64,000 nt of DNA from Hemiscyllium ocellatum (taxonomy: Eukaryota), in contig NW_026867463.1 of the NCBI RefSeq assembly GCF_020745735.1, positions 1 to 64,000 on the forward strand, given 5' to 3'. Below the pieces are notes generated by a model, which was not told where the DNA came from, did no database searches, and was given only the letters and a program-made list of their open reading frames with translations. Position numbers and translations under genes: made by a program. Each line of letters opens with the position of its first letter. Position 1 is the first letter of the stretch. This document shows, piece after piece, positions 37,985-52,260 of this stretch.

Positions 37985-38810
37985 TTTCAGTTTTAACAAA
38001 CATTATAGTCATACAGATATCAGGCACAGAAACAGACCCTTCGGTCCAACTGCACTGCCCAGATATCCCAACCTGACTGAGTACCATTTGCCAAACATTT
38101 GGCCTATCTTTCTCTAAATGTTCCCTGTTCATACACCCATCCAGGTGCCTTTTAAATGCAGTAATTGAACCCATCTCCACCACTATCACTGGCAACTGTT
38201 TCCAGTCACACACGTGAAAAGGTTACCCCTCAGGTTCTTTTCAAATGTTTCTCCTCTCACCTTAATCTGCTGTCCTCTAGTTTTGGACTCTCCCACTCGA
38301 GGAAAAAGGCCTTGGCTATTCACCATATCAATGCCCTGCATGGTTTTATAGGGTCTTGTTCAGGCCACTCCTCAGCCTCCTTTCCTCTCACTGTAGGGAA
38401 AAGAAAAGCCCCAGCCTATTCAGCTTCACCTGAAACCTTAAGCACTCCAGTTCCAGCATCATTCTTGGAAATCTTTTCTACATCCCCTCAAGTTTCACAA
38501 AATCCTTCACAGAAATGGTCAGCCAGATTTGTCTGTAATAATTCTAAACGTGGCCTCACAAATGTTCTGTACAGCTGAGAGATGACATCTCGACTCCTAC
38601 ACTTAATGTTATGACCAATGAAGGAAAGCATGCCAAACACCTTCTTCCCCACCCTGTCTACCTGCAACTCCACTTTCAAAGAATGATGCATCTGCTCCCT
38701 TTGGTTTCTTTGCTCAGCAACACTCCCCAAGGCCCAGCCATTAATTGTATAAGTCTTGCCCTGGTTTGCCTTACAAAAATGCAGCACCTCACATTTATTT
38801 AATAAAGCTT
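37985..38810 (-). mobile_element. CR1-type LINE 3' portion
   Basis: Minus-strand ORF remnant ...LKVELQVDRVGKKVFGMLSFIGHNIKCRSRDVISQLYRTFVRPRLE, typical of the CR1 ORF2 C-terminus. Confidence 0.75.
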
Positions 38811-38811
38811 G

Positions 38812-39990
38812 GGTTCATGAAAGGCAGGTCATGTTGAACTGATTAATTGGAATTCTTTGAGGTCATAATGAGCGTGGTAGACAATGGGGAACTGGTGAAC
38901 GTGGTGTATCTGGATTTCCAAATGGCATTCAGCAAGGTGCTGCACAAAAGGCTGCTGCATAAGATAAAGATGCACAGTGTTACAGGCAATGCATTAGCAT
39001 GGACAGAAAACTGGCTAACTAACAGAATGCAAAACATGGGGATAAATGGGTGTTTTTCTGGTTGGCAATCAGTGGCGAGTGGTGTGTCTCAGGGATGAGT
39101 GTTGGGACTGCAATTGTTTACAATTCAGGTCGATTGCTTCGAGTTAGAGATCCAAGTGTAGTGTGTTGTAGTTCGCAGAAGGCACTTAAATGAGTGATAG
39201 AGCAAAGAGTGCAGGAGGATATAGACAGGTTAAGTGAGTGGGCAAGAGTCTGGCAGATGGAGTACAATGTTAGTAAACGTGAGGTCATCCATTTTGGTAG
39301 GAATAATAACAAACAGAATGCTGCTGTGCAGGGGGACTTGGCTGTTCTTGTGCATGAAACACAAAAGTATAGTTTGCAAGTACAGTAGCTAATTAGGAAG
39401 ACAAATGGAATAGTGTCCTTCATTGGCAGTGGATAGAGTTTAAAATTAGGACTTTCTGCTGCAGCTGTATAGGGCGCTGGTGTGACCATGCCTGGAGTAC
39501 TCTGTACACTTTTCATCACCTTACATGAGATGGCACTGGGGTGGGGTTTGCTGAGGAGGTTGATTATGTTGATTCTGGAAATGAGGGGGTTGGCTTGTGA
39601 GGAGAGATTGAGCAGACTGGGATTATACTCATTGGAATTCAGAACAATGTGGGAGGGGGGTTGTAAAATTATAAATGGGATAGATAAGACAGAAGCAGGG
39701 AGGCTATTTCCACTGGTGGGTGAAATTAGAACGACGGGGCATAACCTCAAAATAAGGGCAACAGATTTAGGACTGAGTTGAGGATCAACATCTTCACCCA
39801 AAGGGTTGTGAAGCTGTGGAATCCCCTGCCTAGTGAAGCAGCTGAGGCCAACCTGTTGAATGTTTTAAAGGTAAAATAGATTTTTTAACAGTAAAGGAAT
39901 GGAGGGTTATAGTGAGCGGGTGGGTAAGTGGAATCTTAGTCCATTGAAAGATGATCCATGATGATATTGAAAGGCAGAGCAGACTCGTGG
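38812..39990 (+). mobile_element. CR1-type LINE, RT to 3' end
   Basis: VYLDFQMAFSKVLHKRLLHK...W..NWL...SGWQSVASGVSQG; later IDRLSEWARVWQMEYNVSK and RLGLYSLEFR. Confidence 0.8.
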
Positions 39991-40199
39991 GGTCAGATGG
40001 CCTACTCCTGATCGTATTTCTAATGTTTGGATGTTGTTATGTTCTAACAGGCCTCCAATCCAAAATGTAATGCTCTCTGACTACTAAGTAAAAACTGAAA
40101 GAGCAGTGGATGCTGTGTATCAGAAACAAAAACGGAAACTGCTGGAAATGTTCAGAAGGTCTGGCAGCATCTCTGGCGTGAAAGGCTCACCAGTTTATG

Positions 40200-41500
40200 G
40201 TTCCCTGGCTTTTCCATACAACTTTCTTCAATAATGCTGCCACATTAGTCACTCTCCAGTCTTCTGGCATCTCATCTATGATTATCGATGATACAAATAT
40301 CTCAGCAAGGGGTCCACGAATCTCTTCCCTCGCTTCCCACAAAGTTCTGAGAAATACCTAATCAGCTCTCCAGGATTTATTTCCATTTTTTACTTTAAGA
40401 CCCCCAACACCTCCTTTTCTGTAAGATGAACTCATTTGATCTTTAAGGGCTGTATTCTCTTCTTAGTTATTCTTTTAACCTTAAAATAATTTTAGAATCT
40501 TTTCGGATTCTCCTTAATTCTATTTGCCATGCAATTTCATGCCCCCTTTTTTCCCTCATGATTTCCTGGTGAAGTATACTCCGACTGCCCTTATACCCTT
40601 CTCAGGATTCACTCAATCCCAGCTGTCTATATCTGATGAATGCCCCCTTCGTTTTCTGGACAGGAGTTGCAATTTCCCTCATCATTGAGCTTTTCCCATG
40701 CCTTGCCCTTCACACAAACAGAAACATACCATCACTGAACTCTCATTGTCTCATTCTTAAAGGCCTCCCACTTGTCAGTCGTCCCTTTACCTGTGAATAA
40801 CCTCCCCCAACCAACATCTCAAAGTCTAATACCATCAAAACTGGCCACACTCCAATTTGAAACTTTCATTTTTAAATCAATTCTATCCTTTCTCATCATT
40901 ATTATTAAACAATAGAATTATGATCACTTTCCCTGAAGCGTGCCCCTACAGACACCTCAGTCACTTGTCCTGCCTTGATTCCCAACAGAAGGTCAAGTAT
41001 TGCGAACTGTCCAGTAGGTCCATCCACATATTGAATAACAATGTTTTCTTGTACAGACTTAACCAATTTCTCCACATTCCAAGATCTTAACACTACCCCA
41101 AACTCTGGTTGGAAAGTTAAAATTCCCTACCATTATCCTCTTTCCTTACAGATAGCATAATCGCTTGTAATTTTCCCACTGACTATTAGGAGGCCCATTT
41201 TACAATCCCAGCAAGGTCATCACCTCTTTCTTATTTTTAAGTTTCATCCATATAACTTCACTGGGCAGTCTCCAAGAAATATCCTCTCTACATCCAGCTG
41301 TAATGTTCTTTCTAACCAAGAACACTCCTCCATCTCCTCTCTTGCTCCTCTGTCTATCCATTCTATAACATCTGTATCCTGGAACATTAAGTTGTCAGTC
41401 CTGTTCATCCCTGAGCCACATTTCTGTAATGGTAATGTTATCCTTGTCCCACATTCCCATCTATGCCCTATGTTCATCTGTCTCACATGTCAGGCCTCTT
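40200..41500 (-). mobile_element. CR1-type LINE fragment (endonuclease/tether region)
   Basis: VQENIVIQYVDGPTGQFAILDLLLG...SDHNSIV remnant. Confidence 0.65.
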
Positions 41501-41879
41501 CCATCGAAGTAAATGCAGTTTAATGTTCTTGCTTTGCTCTTGCCAAACTGTTGTCTGCCTTGACCCCGAGAATTGCTCACAGCATCTCACCTCAAACACT
41601 TCTCTTTTCTCACTATCTTGTTAGTTCCCACCATCCACCTTACTAATTTAAAACCTTCAGCATACTGCTAGCAAATTTCCCCACAAGAATATCGGTCCCC
41701 TTCCAAGTCAGGTCCCTCTTATATAGGTCATTTCTATCCCTGAAGAGATCCCAATGATTGAAAAATGGGAATCCTAACCCCTGCAGCAGTTCCTCAGCTA
41801 CACATTCGCTGCTCTATCTGACTGTTCCTAATCTCAATATTCCATTAGTTTTTAAACAAACCCCAACATGACATTTGCC

Positions 41880-42560
41880 ATCTTTATTGACAGTTGAAAT
41901 TAAAAGCTAACTTTTTGTGGTTCGGAGATGCAGACTCCCTGTAGATTTCTGAATTCAATCTCTACCTTGCCTGTTAAAATGCACAAGTTCACTGTTTATG
42001 TCTGTTCTCATTTATTTAATCCACATTATATTAATGTGCAAAACTCCTTGTTCACTCCCATCCTATCTGTATCGCTCCGCAAACTTCTTTTTGTGTCATA
42101 CTCACCACTTGTCTCCGCTCCAATTTTTGTGTCATTCGCAAACTTGCCTACAATATACTCATTTTCCTCATCTAAGTCATCAAAATACTTTGTAAATTTT
42201 TTTGCCCCCCAGAACAGATTTATGTGGTCCTCTACACTTTGACATCCTGTAAAATAAAACACTTAATCAAACTTTTCGGATTGGGATTTCAAAAATCCTC
42301 TCTCCACGTTAATACAGTACCTCCAAAGCCAAGGCTCCTTTCTTATTCAGTAATCTTATGCATGGGTGCTATCAAACACCTTCAGAAAATCAAAACATAT
42401 TACAATCACCGTTTCCTCCATTTTCTCCAAGAATTCCAATACATTTATCAGGCAAGATTTCCATTTTGTAAAGCCATTCCCAGTTTTCTGCTGGAACATC
42501 CTTTTTTAAAGACTCCACCATTTTTTTCAATAAATGATGTTAAACTAAGTAGCCTCAGTC
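41880..42560 (-). mobile_element. CR1-type LINE RT fragment
   Basis: YFDDLDEENEYIVGKFANDTKIG resembles the RT (Y/F)ADD region. Confidence 0.55.
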
Positions 42561-42869
42561 AATCTTTTGTGTGCCTTAACTTTTTATGAGTGAAGGTGTT
42601 GGTTGAAGGATCTACTATCAGCCGTCACTTCCACCTGCTGGAGAAGCACTGTCATCTACTGTGAAAAACTCAACAAATTGTGTCTATGTTCATTTACTGA
42701 GAAAGCAATTCCACAAATGTTCTAGCTCATCACCTTCTGCTGGCGGTCCCAGATTTTACGAAGCTATTCATTGAAAGTCGACAAGGCTAATTAACATCAA
42801 ATCAAGATCAATAATTGAGCAGAAATATCTCAATTCCTGGTCACGTATTTTTGTTCATCTCTTTTTAGG

Positions 42870-44050
42870 ACATTAGCTTTGACAATGTGGAGACTGTATG
42901 GGTGGAGCTGTGAAATACCAAGGGACAAAAAACATTAGTGGGTGTCATAGACAGACCCCTAGACTGCAGTGGTCGTATCGGAATAGTATTAAACAGGAAA
43001 TTAGACAAGCATGTGATATGGAGACATCTGTGACCATGGGTGATTTTAATCTGCATCTAGATTGGACAAATCAAATTAGCCACAATGTCTTAGAGGAAAA
43101 ATTCCTGGAGTACATACAGGATGGTTTTCTTAACCAATATGTGGATGAACCAACTAGAGAGCAGGCCATCTTAGACTGGGTACTGTGTAATGAGAAGGGA
43201 ATCATTGCCAATCTAGCTGCGTGAGACTCCTTGGGGATGAGTGACCATGACATGATACAACTTTTTTTATCAAGATGGAGAGTGAGCCAGCTGATTTGGA
43301 GACTAGGGTGCTGAATTTTAATAAAGGAAACTATGAAGATATATAAGGCATGAGTTGGCGTTGATAGATCAGTGAAAGTTGCTTAAAGGTGTGCCAGTAG
43401 ATAGGCATTGGCAAATATTCAAGGAAATCATGGGGGAACTGCAACAACTATTTATTCCTGTCTGGTACAAAAGCAAAATGGGTAACAGGGCCAATCCATG
43501 GCTTATAAAGGAAATTAGATAGCATCCAATTGAAGGAAATAGCATAGAAATGGGCCAAGAAAAATAACAGGTCTGATATTTGAGAGCAGTTTCGAATTCA
43601 GCAAAGAAGGACCAAGGGATTGATTAAGATGGGGAAAACACAGTACAAAAGAAAGTAAGCTTGCAGGGAACATGAAGACTGACGCTATAAGGTTCTACAG
43701 TACATGAAGAGAAAGAGATTGATGAAGACAAATGTTAGGTCCCTATAGATGGAAATTGGGGAAATGTATAACAAAGGACAACGAACAGCTGAGCAATTGT
43801 ATACATCCTTTAGTTCTGTCTTCACAAAAACTGACAGTTATACAGGAGGTGGGTGAGGCTGCAGTTGGAGCATGTGTTCTGTTTTGGTCACCTTGCTCGG
43901 GGAAGGATGTTATTAAACTGGAAAGAGTGCAGAAGAAATTTATAAGGATGTTGCTCGCACTCAGTGTTATAAGGAGAGGCTGAACAAGCTTTTTCTTTTC
44001 TTGGCAGTCTAGGAGACTGAGAGGGGATCTTATAGAACTGTACAAAATTA
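42870..44050 (+). mobile_element. CR1-type LINE fragments
   Basis: MGDFNLHLDW...FLEYIQDGFLNQYVDEPTREQAILDWVLCN endonuclease remnant, later KLERVQKKFIRML. Confidence 0.7.
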
Positions 44051-44124
44051 TGAGAGGCAGACACTCAGTTTTTTTTGTCTTGAAGAAGTTTTCCTCCTCT
44101 GTCTTTCCAATCTGCAGGCTCCCT

Positions 44125-44252
44125 GCCTCTATTCCTGATGAAGGGTTTTTGCCCGACACGTCGATTTTCCTGCTCCTCGGATGCTGCCTGACCTGCTGTG
44201 CTTTTCCAGCACCACTCTCATCTAGACTCTGGTCTCCAGCATCTGCAGTCCT
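44125..44252 (+). mobile_element. Penelope-LTR-like solo fragment (CTGATGA hammerhead-like variant)
   Basis: ctgatgaagggtttttgcccgacacgtcgattttcctgctcctcggatgctgcctgacctgctg; the GAAA box is mutated to GACA. Confidence 0.65.
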
Positions 44253-44261
44253 TTTAACTAG

Positions 44262-44560
44262 TTGGTTTATATCAGACAGGCAGAGATTAGTGTCAGTGAC
44301 TGTGGGGCTGGTTTATATCAGACGCGGGAGATTGGTATTAGTGACTGTGAGGCTGGTTTATATCAGACGCGGGAGATTGGTATTAGTGACTGTGAGGCTG
44401 GTTTATATCAGACTGGAAGAAACTGTTGTCACTGTCTGTGGGGCAGGGTGAAATCAGACATGGGGAGACTTGTGTCTGTGGGGTGGTTTATATTCGACAG
44501 GGGGTGATTGGTGTCAGTGAGTGAGGGGCTGGTTTATATCTGACAGGAGGAGTTTGGTGA
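44262..44560. repeat. 45-bp minisatellite
   Basis: Unit ggtttatatcagacgcgggagattggtattagtgactgtgaggct; about 3-4 clear copies followed by degenerate ones. Confidence 0.8.
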
Positions 44561-45904
44561 GGATGTTATAAAGCCAGAAAAGGATCACTTCATGTTTTAA
44601 TTCTCTTTCAAGGCATACTGGGCACTCAAGGGTTAAACACTCCACTGTGAACAGACTCACTCCAGGATCAATTACAGAATAGACGGAACATCTCAGTAGG
44701 ATAACTGAATCTTCGAGAAGGAATCCATTGCAGCCACACATGTGGATTCCTCTGCAGCCTCAAGCAACGGTATTTGTCCTCCCCAGCCAAGACTGATAGC
44801 CTTGGCTGCAACCCTGTTCAACTGCCTCCTGCTCCTATTATCTTGCTTCTCTCCGTATGAGCATAGGGATGTGAATTCCCCATTGAAAACAGGCAAGACC
44901 CTTCAGTTTTAATCTCTTCCCATTGACACATGATCATGAAGAATACGATAATCAGTTGTTATCGCAGGACATCAACATTTACCGAACCTTGTAAAATTAT
45001 AATTGCCCATCTTAAACAATGTAACGACAGTCAACCATGTGGATTATAGACCTTTTGTATCACCACAAGTAGATACACAACTACTTTCAGGGACATGGAG
45101 AATCTCACGCTGCACTCCAATAATAAAGCATCTGCTGTTGTACTCAAACTTGTGTCGTCTGGATTTGTGGAACAAAATATAGATTAACAGCCTCACAATT
45201 CTATGTTTGATTTTTCATTTTCAATCAGGAAGTGTCTGCTTCACCTTCCCATATCTAACAAACCATCAGATTTCATCTCTGCAGCCTCAGATCCTCTCTG
45301 TAACCACAAATAAACTCTGAGTGCCGAAGATATTTAGCAGGTGCAGAAGCATCTGCAGAGAGCGAGAACAGAGTTCAAATCCAGGTCTGACAGTGTGTCA
45401 GAATAAAGCTCAATCTTGTGGTACTGCCACACTGACAATTGTTAGTGCCAACACCTCAGTCAAAGTCTCTTCATTGTCCTGTTTTTTATCGAATGGCAGT
45501 GGTCTACAGTGTAGAACAAGTCCCTTCAGCCCATTGATTCTGTGCCAGTCAAAAACAACCATCAAACTATGGTAACCTCATTTCTCAGCCCTCGGCCCAT
45601 CACCTTGTATCAGGTAAAAACAATGACTGCAGATGCTGGAAACCAGAGTCTAGATTAGAGTGGTGCTGGAAAAGCCCAGCAAGTCAGGCAGCATTCAAGG
45701 AGCAGGAAAATTGACGTTTCGGGCAAACAGTACAGACTACAGATTCAAAAACAACAGCAACGGTTCTCCTTCAAGACCCATCACCTTGTATGTCTTGGCA
45801 TTGCAAGTGCACATCTGAATACTTCTTCAATGATTTGAGAGCTTCTGTCTGTAATGCCTTCCGGCAGTGAATTCAGTTTCTCACCACCCTCTGGGTGAAA
45901 GCCT

Positions 45905-47560
45905 TTTTCCTTCATTACACAGATCATGAGTATAGGAGTTAGGACATCATGTTGAGGTTGTACAGGCCTCTTTTAGAATACTGTGTCCAATTCTGGTCTC
46001 CCTGTTATAGGAGGGGTATTGTTAAACTGTTCAGAAAATATTTACAAGGATGTTGCCAGGACTGGATGGTTTGAGTTCGATGGAAAGGAGCTTGAAGGTT
46101 GAGGGGTGACCTTACAGAGGTGTATAATATAATAAGGAGCATATATAAGGTGAATGTCAGATGTCTTTTCCCTCGGGTGATAGACTTCAGGGTTTGTATA
46201 TGAAGAGGAAGTGATTAGAGAGATATGGAACAAGTACAGGTAAATGGGACTAGGGTAAATTAGGATATCTGGTCAGCATGGATAAGTTGGGCCGAAGGAT
46301 CCGTTTCTGTGCTGAAAGTCTCTATTACTCAATGACATGGTTGAGATGTATAAAATAATGAGGGGTGTTCATAAGGGAGACAGTGAGGAAATTTTCCCCT
46401 TGGACTAGGGAGCTTATTCCCCCCTAGACTTCAGCACTAGGGGACATACTTTTAAAGTGAGAGGAGAAAGATTTAAAAGGGAAATGAGGGTCAGCTTTTT
46501 CTACACAGAGAGTGGTTCGTGAGGAATTAATGGATGCGGGTACAGTTCCAATGTTTAAAAGGTATTTGGACAAACAGGAAAGTATTGAAGGGATATGGGC
46601 CAGGAGCAGGTGGTGGGACTAGTTTTGTTTGGGATTATGGGTAGCATGGACTTTGGGGGGAACCAAAAGGTCTGTTTCCATGCTGTATGACTTTATCACT
46701 GACATTCCCCTTAAGTCTCCTGTCCCTTACCTTAAATATCTGCACTGCCTTCCAGTCTTCACAACACTTGTCTTTATTGGTTCCTCCATCAAGGGGAATA
46801 TTTCCTTACTGTCTACCCAATCAACACCGCTCATTATTTTGTACATCTCAGTGATCTCATAGAGTCAAACAGATGTACAACACAGAAACAGATCCTTCAG
46901 CCCAACTCGTCCATGCCAACCTGATATCCAAAATTAACCTCGTCCCATTTACCAGCACTTGGCCCTCTAATCCCTTCCAGTTCAAATTAAAAATCACCCA
47001 ACACCAGGTTATAATCCAACTGGTTTATTTGGAACCACTAGCTTTCCAAACACTGCTCCTTCATCAGGTGGTTGTGGAGTTTTCTTCTACCCCTCCCGAT
47101 GCCTTTTATATGTTACTAGCCTTGTACTGGCCTGCACTTCCTCTTGCATACATGCACCGCCTGTTGCATGAAAACATTGTCCCTTAAGACCCTTGTAAGT
47201 CTTTCCCCTCTCACCCTAAACCTATGCCCTCTAGTTCTGGACTCCCCCACCCCAGGGAAAAGACCTTGTCTATTTACCCTATCCATGCATCCATGACTTT
47301 ATAAACCTCTAGAAGGTCACTCCTCAACCTTCGACACTCCAGGGAAACCAGTTCCAGCCTATTCAGCCTTTCCTGTAGTTCAAACCCTCCAACCCTGGCA
47401 ACATCCTTGGAAATCTTTTCTGAACTCTTTCAAATTTCACAACATCCTTTCTATAGGAATCAGAGCAGAATTGCACACAATACTCCAAAGGTGGCCTAAC
47501 CAATGTCCTGTACCGCCACAACATGACCTCCAAACTCCTTTACTCAATGCTCTGACTAAT
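45905..47560. mobile_element. Cluster of CR1-type 3' fragments (plus strand then minus strand) with a family-2 Penelope-LTR fragment at 46985-47070
   Basis: Matches other CR1 3' ends. The minus strand of 47037-47070 reads cacctgatgaaggagcagtgtttggaaagctag. Confidence 0.6.
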
Positions 47561-48121
47561 AAGGGAAAGTATATCAAATGCCTTCTTCACTATCCTATCT
47601 ACCTGTGACTCCCCTCTCAATCTCTCTGGTCCAAGGAAAACGAACCAATCTTTCCAGTTGCTCTTCATAACTGAAACTCTCCAGCTCAGAGAATATCTTT
47701 CCAAGTCTTGAGTGCTAACACATCCCTCCTTAAATGGGGATTCCAGAAATGCAGACAACAAGCTAGCTGTCCCCTAGCCAATGTTTTCGATAGTTCTAAC
47801 AGAACTTCCCAGCTCAAACTCGGTGCTTAACAAGGAAAGGCGAGTTTATCACCTGTGCTGGTGTTTAAGTGACTGGGGGACATGCACAACAAGGTCCCTC
47901 TGATCTTCAGTGCTTCCCAGGGCCCTATAGTTCATCACGTATTCCCTTACCATGATTGCCCTCCTATGATCTAAGCCCATCTTCCTCACTGTTTGCCACC
48001 ACACTGGTTTTCATATCATCCGTGAACTCACTGATCAATCCTCCAACTTTCAAGTGAAAGTTATTTCAATAAACCTAGAAACTGCGAGGTCCCAATACTG
48101 GCCTCTGCAAGATCCAACTGG

Positions 48122-50556
48122 GAGAAAATGAGGACTGCAGGTGCTGGAGATCAGAGCTGAAAATCTGTTGCTGGAAAAGCGCAGTAGGTCAGGCAGCATC
48201 CAAGGAGCAGGAGAGTCGACGTTTTGGGCATGAGCCCTTCTTCAGGAATGAGGAAATGTGTCCATCAGGCTAAGATAAAAGGTAGGGAGGAGGGACTTGG
48301 GGGAGGTGCGTTGGAAATGCGATAGATGGAAGGAGGTCAAGGTGAGGGTGTTAGGCCAGAGTGGGGGTGGGGGCGGAGAGGTCAGGAAGAAGATTGCAGA
48401 TTAGGAGGCGGTGCTGAGTTCGAGGGATTTGACTGAGACAAGGTGGGGGGAGGGGAAATGAGGCAACTGGAGAAATCTAAGTTCATCCCTTGTGGTTGGA
48501 GGGTTCCTAGGAGGAAGATTAGGCGCTCTTCCTCCAGCTGTCGTGTTGCTATGGTCTGGCGACAGAGGAGTCCAAGGACCTGCATGTCCTTGGTGGAGTG
48601 GGAGGGAGAGTTGAAGCGTTGAGCCACGGGGTGGTTGGGTTGGTTGGTTCGGGTGTCGCAGAGGTGTTCTCTGAAACGTTCCGCAAGTAGGCAGCCTGTC
48701 TTCCTAATATAGAGGAGGCCCCATCGGGTGCAGTGGATGCAGTAAATGATGTGTGTGGAGGTGCAGGTGAATTTGTGGTGGATATGGAAGGATCCCTTGG
48801 GCCTTGGAAGGAAGTAAGGGGGGAGGCAATTTTGCATCTCTTGCAGTTGCAGGGGAAGGTGCCGGGAGTGGAGGTTGGGTTGGTGGGGGGTGTGGACCTG
48901 ATGAGGGAGTCACGGAGGGAATGGTCTTTTTAGAATGCTGATAGGGGAGGGGAGGGAAATATATCTCTGGTGGTGGGGTCTGTTTGGAGGTGGTGGAAAT
49001 GACAACGGATGATACGATGTATATGGAGGTTAGTGGGTGGTAGGTGAGGACCAGTGGGGTTCTGTCCTGATGGCGATTGGAGGGGTGGGGCTCAAGGGCA
49101 GAGGAGCGGGAAGTGGAGGAGATGGGGTGGAGGTCATATTCGATCACGTCTGGGGAGATATTGCAGTCTTTGAAGAAGGAGGCCATCTGGGCTGTACGGT
49201 ATTGGAACTGGTCCTCCTGGGAACAGATGCGGCGGAGACGAAGGAATTGGGAATATGGGATGGCGTTTTTACAGGGGGCAGGGTGGGAGGAGGCGTAGTC
49301 TAGGTAGTTGTGGGAGTCGGTCGGTTTATAGTAAATGTCCGCATTGATTCGGTTGCCTGAGATAGAAGGGGAAAGGTCTAGGAAGGGGAGGGAGGTGTCT
49401 GAGATGGTCCAGGTAAATTTGAGGTCGGTTGGTAAAGTGGATGAACTGTTCAACCTGCCTCCACGAGGCAGCGCCGATACAGTAATCAATGTAGCGGAGG
49501 AAAAGGTGGGGGGTGGTGCCAGTGTAGTTGCGGAAGATGGACTGTTCCACATATCCTACGAAGAGGCAGGCTTGGCTGGGGCCCATTCGGGTGCCCATGG
49601 CAACTCCTTTGTTTGGAGGAAGTGGGAGTGTTGGAAAGAGAAGTTGTTCAGGGTGAGGACCAGTTCAGTCAGTCGAAGGAGGGTGTCAGTGGAAGGGTAC
49701 TGGTTGGTACGGCGGGAAAGGAAGAAGCGGAGGGCTTTGAGTCCTTCATGATGGAGGATGGGGGTGTACAGGGACTGGATGTCCATGGTGAAGATAAGGC
49801 GTTGGGGACCGGGGAAGCGAAAATCATAGAGGAGGTGGAGGGCGTGGGTGGTGTCCCAAACGTAGGTGCGGAGTTCTTGGACTAAGGGGGACAGGACCAT
49901 GTCGAGGTATGCAGAGATGAGTTCGGTGGGGCAGGAGCAGGCTGAGACAATGGGTCGGCCGGGGCAGTCAGGTTTGTGGATTTTGGGCAGGAGGTAGAAA
50001 CGGGCAGTGCGGGGTTGTGGGACTCTGAGTTTGGAGACGGTGGATGGGAGATTCCCTGAGGTGATGAGGTTATGGATGGTCTGGGAGATGATGGTTTGGT
50101 GGTTGGAGGTGGGGTCATGGTCAAGGGGGCAGTAAGAGGAGGTGTCCACAAGCTGGCGTTTAGCCTCAGCGGTGTAAAGGTCGGTGCGCCAAACTACTAC
50201 CGCGCCTCCCTTGTCTGCCGGTTTGATGGTGAGGTTGGGGTTGGAGTGAAGGGAGTGGAGGGCTGCACGTTCTGAGGGTGAGAGGTTGGAGTGGGTGAGA
50301 GGGATGGAGAGGTTGAGGCGGTTAATGTCGCGGCGGCAGTTGGCTATGAAGTGATTGAGGGCAGGTAAGAGGCCAGCACAGGGTGTCCAGGTGGATGGGG
50401 TGTGTTGGAGGCGGGAGAAGGGGTCGTCAGAGGGTGGGCGAGAATCCTGGTTGAAGAAGTAGGCACGGAGGCGAAGGCGGCGGAAGAATTGTTCGATGTC
50501 TCGCCGCGTGTTGAACTCGTTAATCCGAGAGCGTAGGGGAATGAAGGTGAGGCCTT
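48122..50556 (-). mobile_element. Penelope-like retroelement (RT + GIY-YIG endonuclease + terminal repeat), frameshifted
   Basis: RTARFYLLPKIHKPDCPGRPIVSACSCPTE...FTMDIQSLYT; MGTRMGPSQACLFVGYVE...FLRYIDYC; LPFLDL...IYYKPTDSHNYLDYASSHP; FTCTSTHIIYCIHCTRWGLLYIRKT...ERFREH (GIY-YIG). Split over four ORFs. Confidence 0.92.
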
Positions 50557-50901
50557 GTACAGCTTGGGGAAGGTAGAAAGGGACAGTGGTAGCGTCTTTA
50601 CCTCTGAGCTAGGAGATTCAGTTTCAAGTCCCACCTGGTCTAGAGGAATACCGTACCATCACTGAACAGGTTGGTTGAGAAACTATCTCCAAGGTGTTTT
50701 CTCCTCTCCTGAAATCCTGAATAGACATTCCAGCAACACCTCTGCACCTGAATGGCACTGTCTCTTCTCAATCTAATCTTTCTTCCTTCCATCCGAACCT
50801 CTTTTGGGAGATTTACAGCATTCACTTTACCCCAGGGAAGTGAGTTTTGCAGCTTTTAAAAACTTTTATGTTTGTGTCTTCGCTGAAACAGCAGCAGGAA
50901 T

Positions 50902-51046
50902 NNNNNNNNNNNNNNNNNNNNNNNNNNNNNNNNNNNNNNNNNNNNNNNNNNNNNNNNNNNNNNNNNNNNNNNNNNNNNNNNNNNNNNNNNNNNNNNNNNN
51001 NNNNNNNNNNNNNNNNNNNNNNNNNNNNNNNNNNNNNNNNNNNNNN
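50902..51046. other. Assembly gap (145 N)
   Basis: Run of N. Confidence 1.
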
Positions 51047-51569
51047 ATGATGACCTCTGCAGGGAGACAGACATCAACTGTAAATAACCTCTTGGATCTT
51101 CCTGTACATCGACAGCATTGGTCTGTTTGGGTGCCTGCTTTTCTAAACCATGTCTAAGCAACAAATGATGATAGATTCATAACAGTTTTCCTCCAATCCA
51201 TGTTTAAGGCATGTGTTTGTGTTATTTTTCACTGAGTGTTGATATAATCTTCTAAAATGGGGAGTGGCTTCCATCTCAGATGACCACACCAGCGTGCCTT
51301 GGGGACCCTGAGGAAATGATTAGGGAAGTGTATCTGTACCATTCCACCTTCTGCACCCTGTACTGCCAGATAGTGCTCCCTCAGTATCTCAGAAAGCACC
51401 TCCTCTGTATGTTTATCGACAGAACATTCATGCCCTCAACACCTCAGAAAACAAACCTGTTCCCCCCTTGGACCGTGTTCATCCCCAAACCTGTTCTCGC
51501 TGTGGGGACCCACAGCCACCCCCAAGATTGGAGCCCAGGGCCCAGAACATTATTTGGGTCTCTGGATTG

Positions 51570-51830
51570 GTTATAGAATGTGGAAGCAGGCCATTCGGCC
51601 TATCAGGTTCACACTGACCTTCGGCAGAGCATCCCATCCCCCCACTCTATCCCTGGATCCCTTCATTTCCTCTGGCTAATCCACCGAGCCTGCACATCTT
51701 TGGACAGTGGGAGGGAACTGAAGCACCCGGAGGCTGACACGGGGAGAATGTGCAAACTCCACACAGACAGTCGCCCGAGGCTGGAATTGAACCCGGGTGG
51801 GGTGAGGCAACAGAGCTAACCACAGAGCCC
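51570..51830 (-). mobile_element. tRNA-derived SINE, V-SINE/HE1-like
   Basis: gcacccggaggctgacacggggagaatgtgcaaactccacacagacagtcgcccgagg, the reverse complement of the V-domain core. Confidence 0.75.
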
Positions 51831-52260
51831 CTGTGACAATCCCACTATCTCCTCCCTGTTGATGACCGTTTGATGTGTATACCCGGGGAGTATCTAACTT
51901 GTCTAGCGTTTATTTAAGAAAGATTAGGGAAAAGGACAATGCCTCCACAAGCTCAAGATGCTTGGTCCCCCTCTAAAAAATATTTATATGAGTTTCAAAC
52001 AGAGACTTTATTCACAAAAAAAATGATGGACAAACATAGTAACTAAAGTTAGGTTCTGTACAGTCTTTACAACAAGTCTTTATGATGACATATATACTTC
52101 TCTTGGCTGATTAACTGAAATGTTAGATCTGAGCTGTTCCTTCTTAATTAACATCATAAAGTTACATTGATAAGGATCTTTGTGAAGTGCCGTAAATCTT
52201 TATCTGTTCCCCCATGCACCCGCGCCCTCCAAATACAATGCCTTACAAAGGCTTAAACCT

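Noticed and set aside
50804-51164. ORFs spanning the N run
   Set aside because: Artefacts of the assembly gap.
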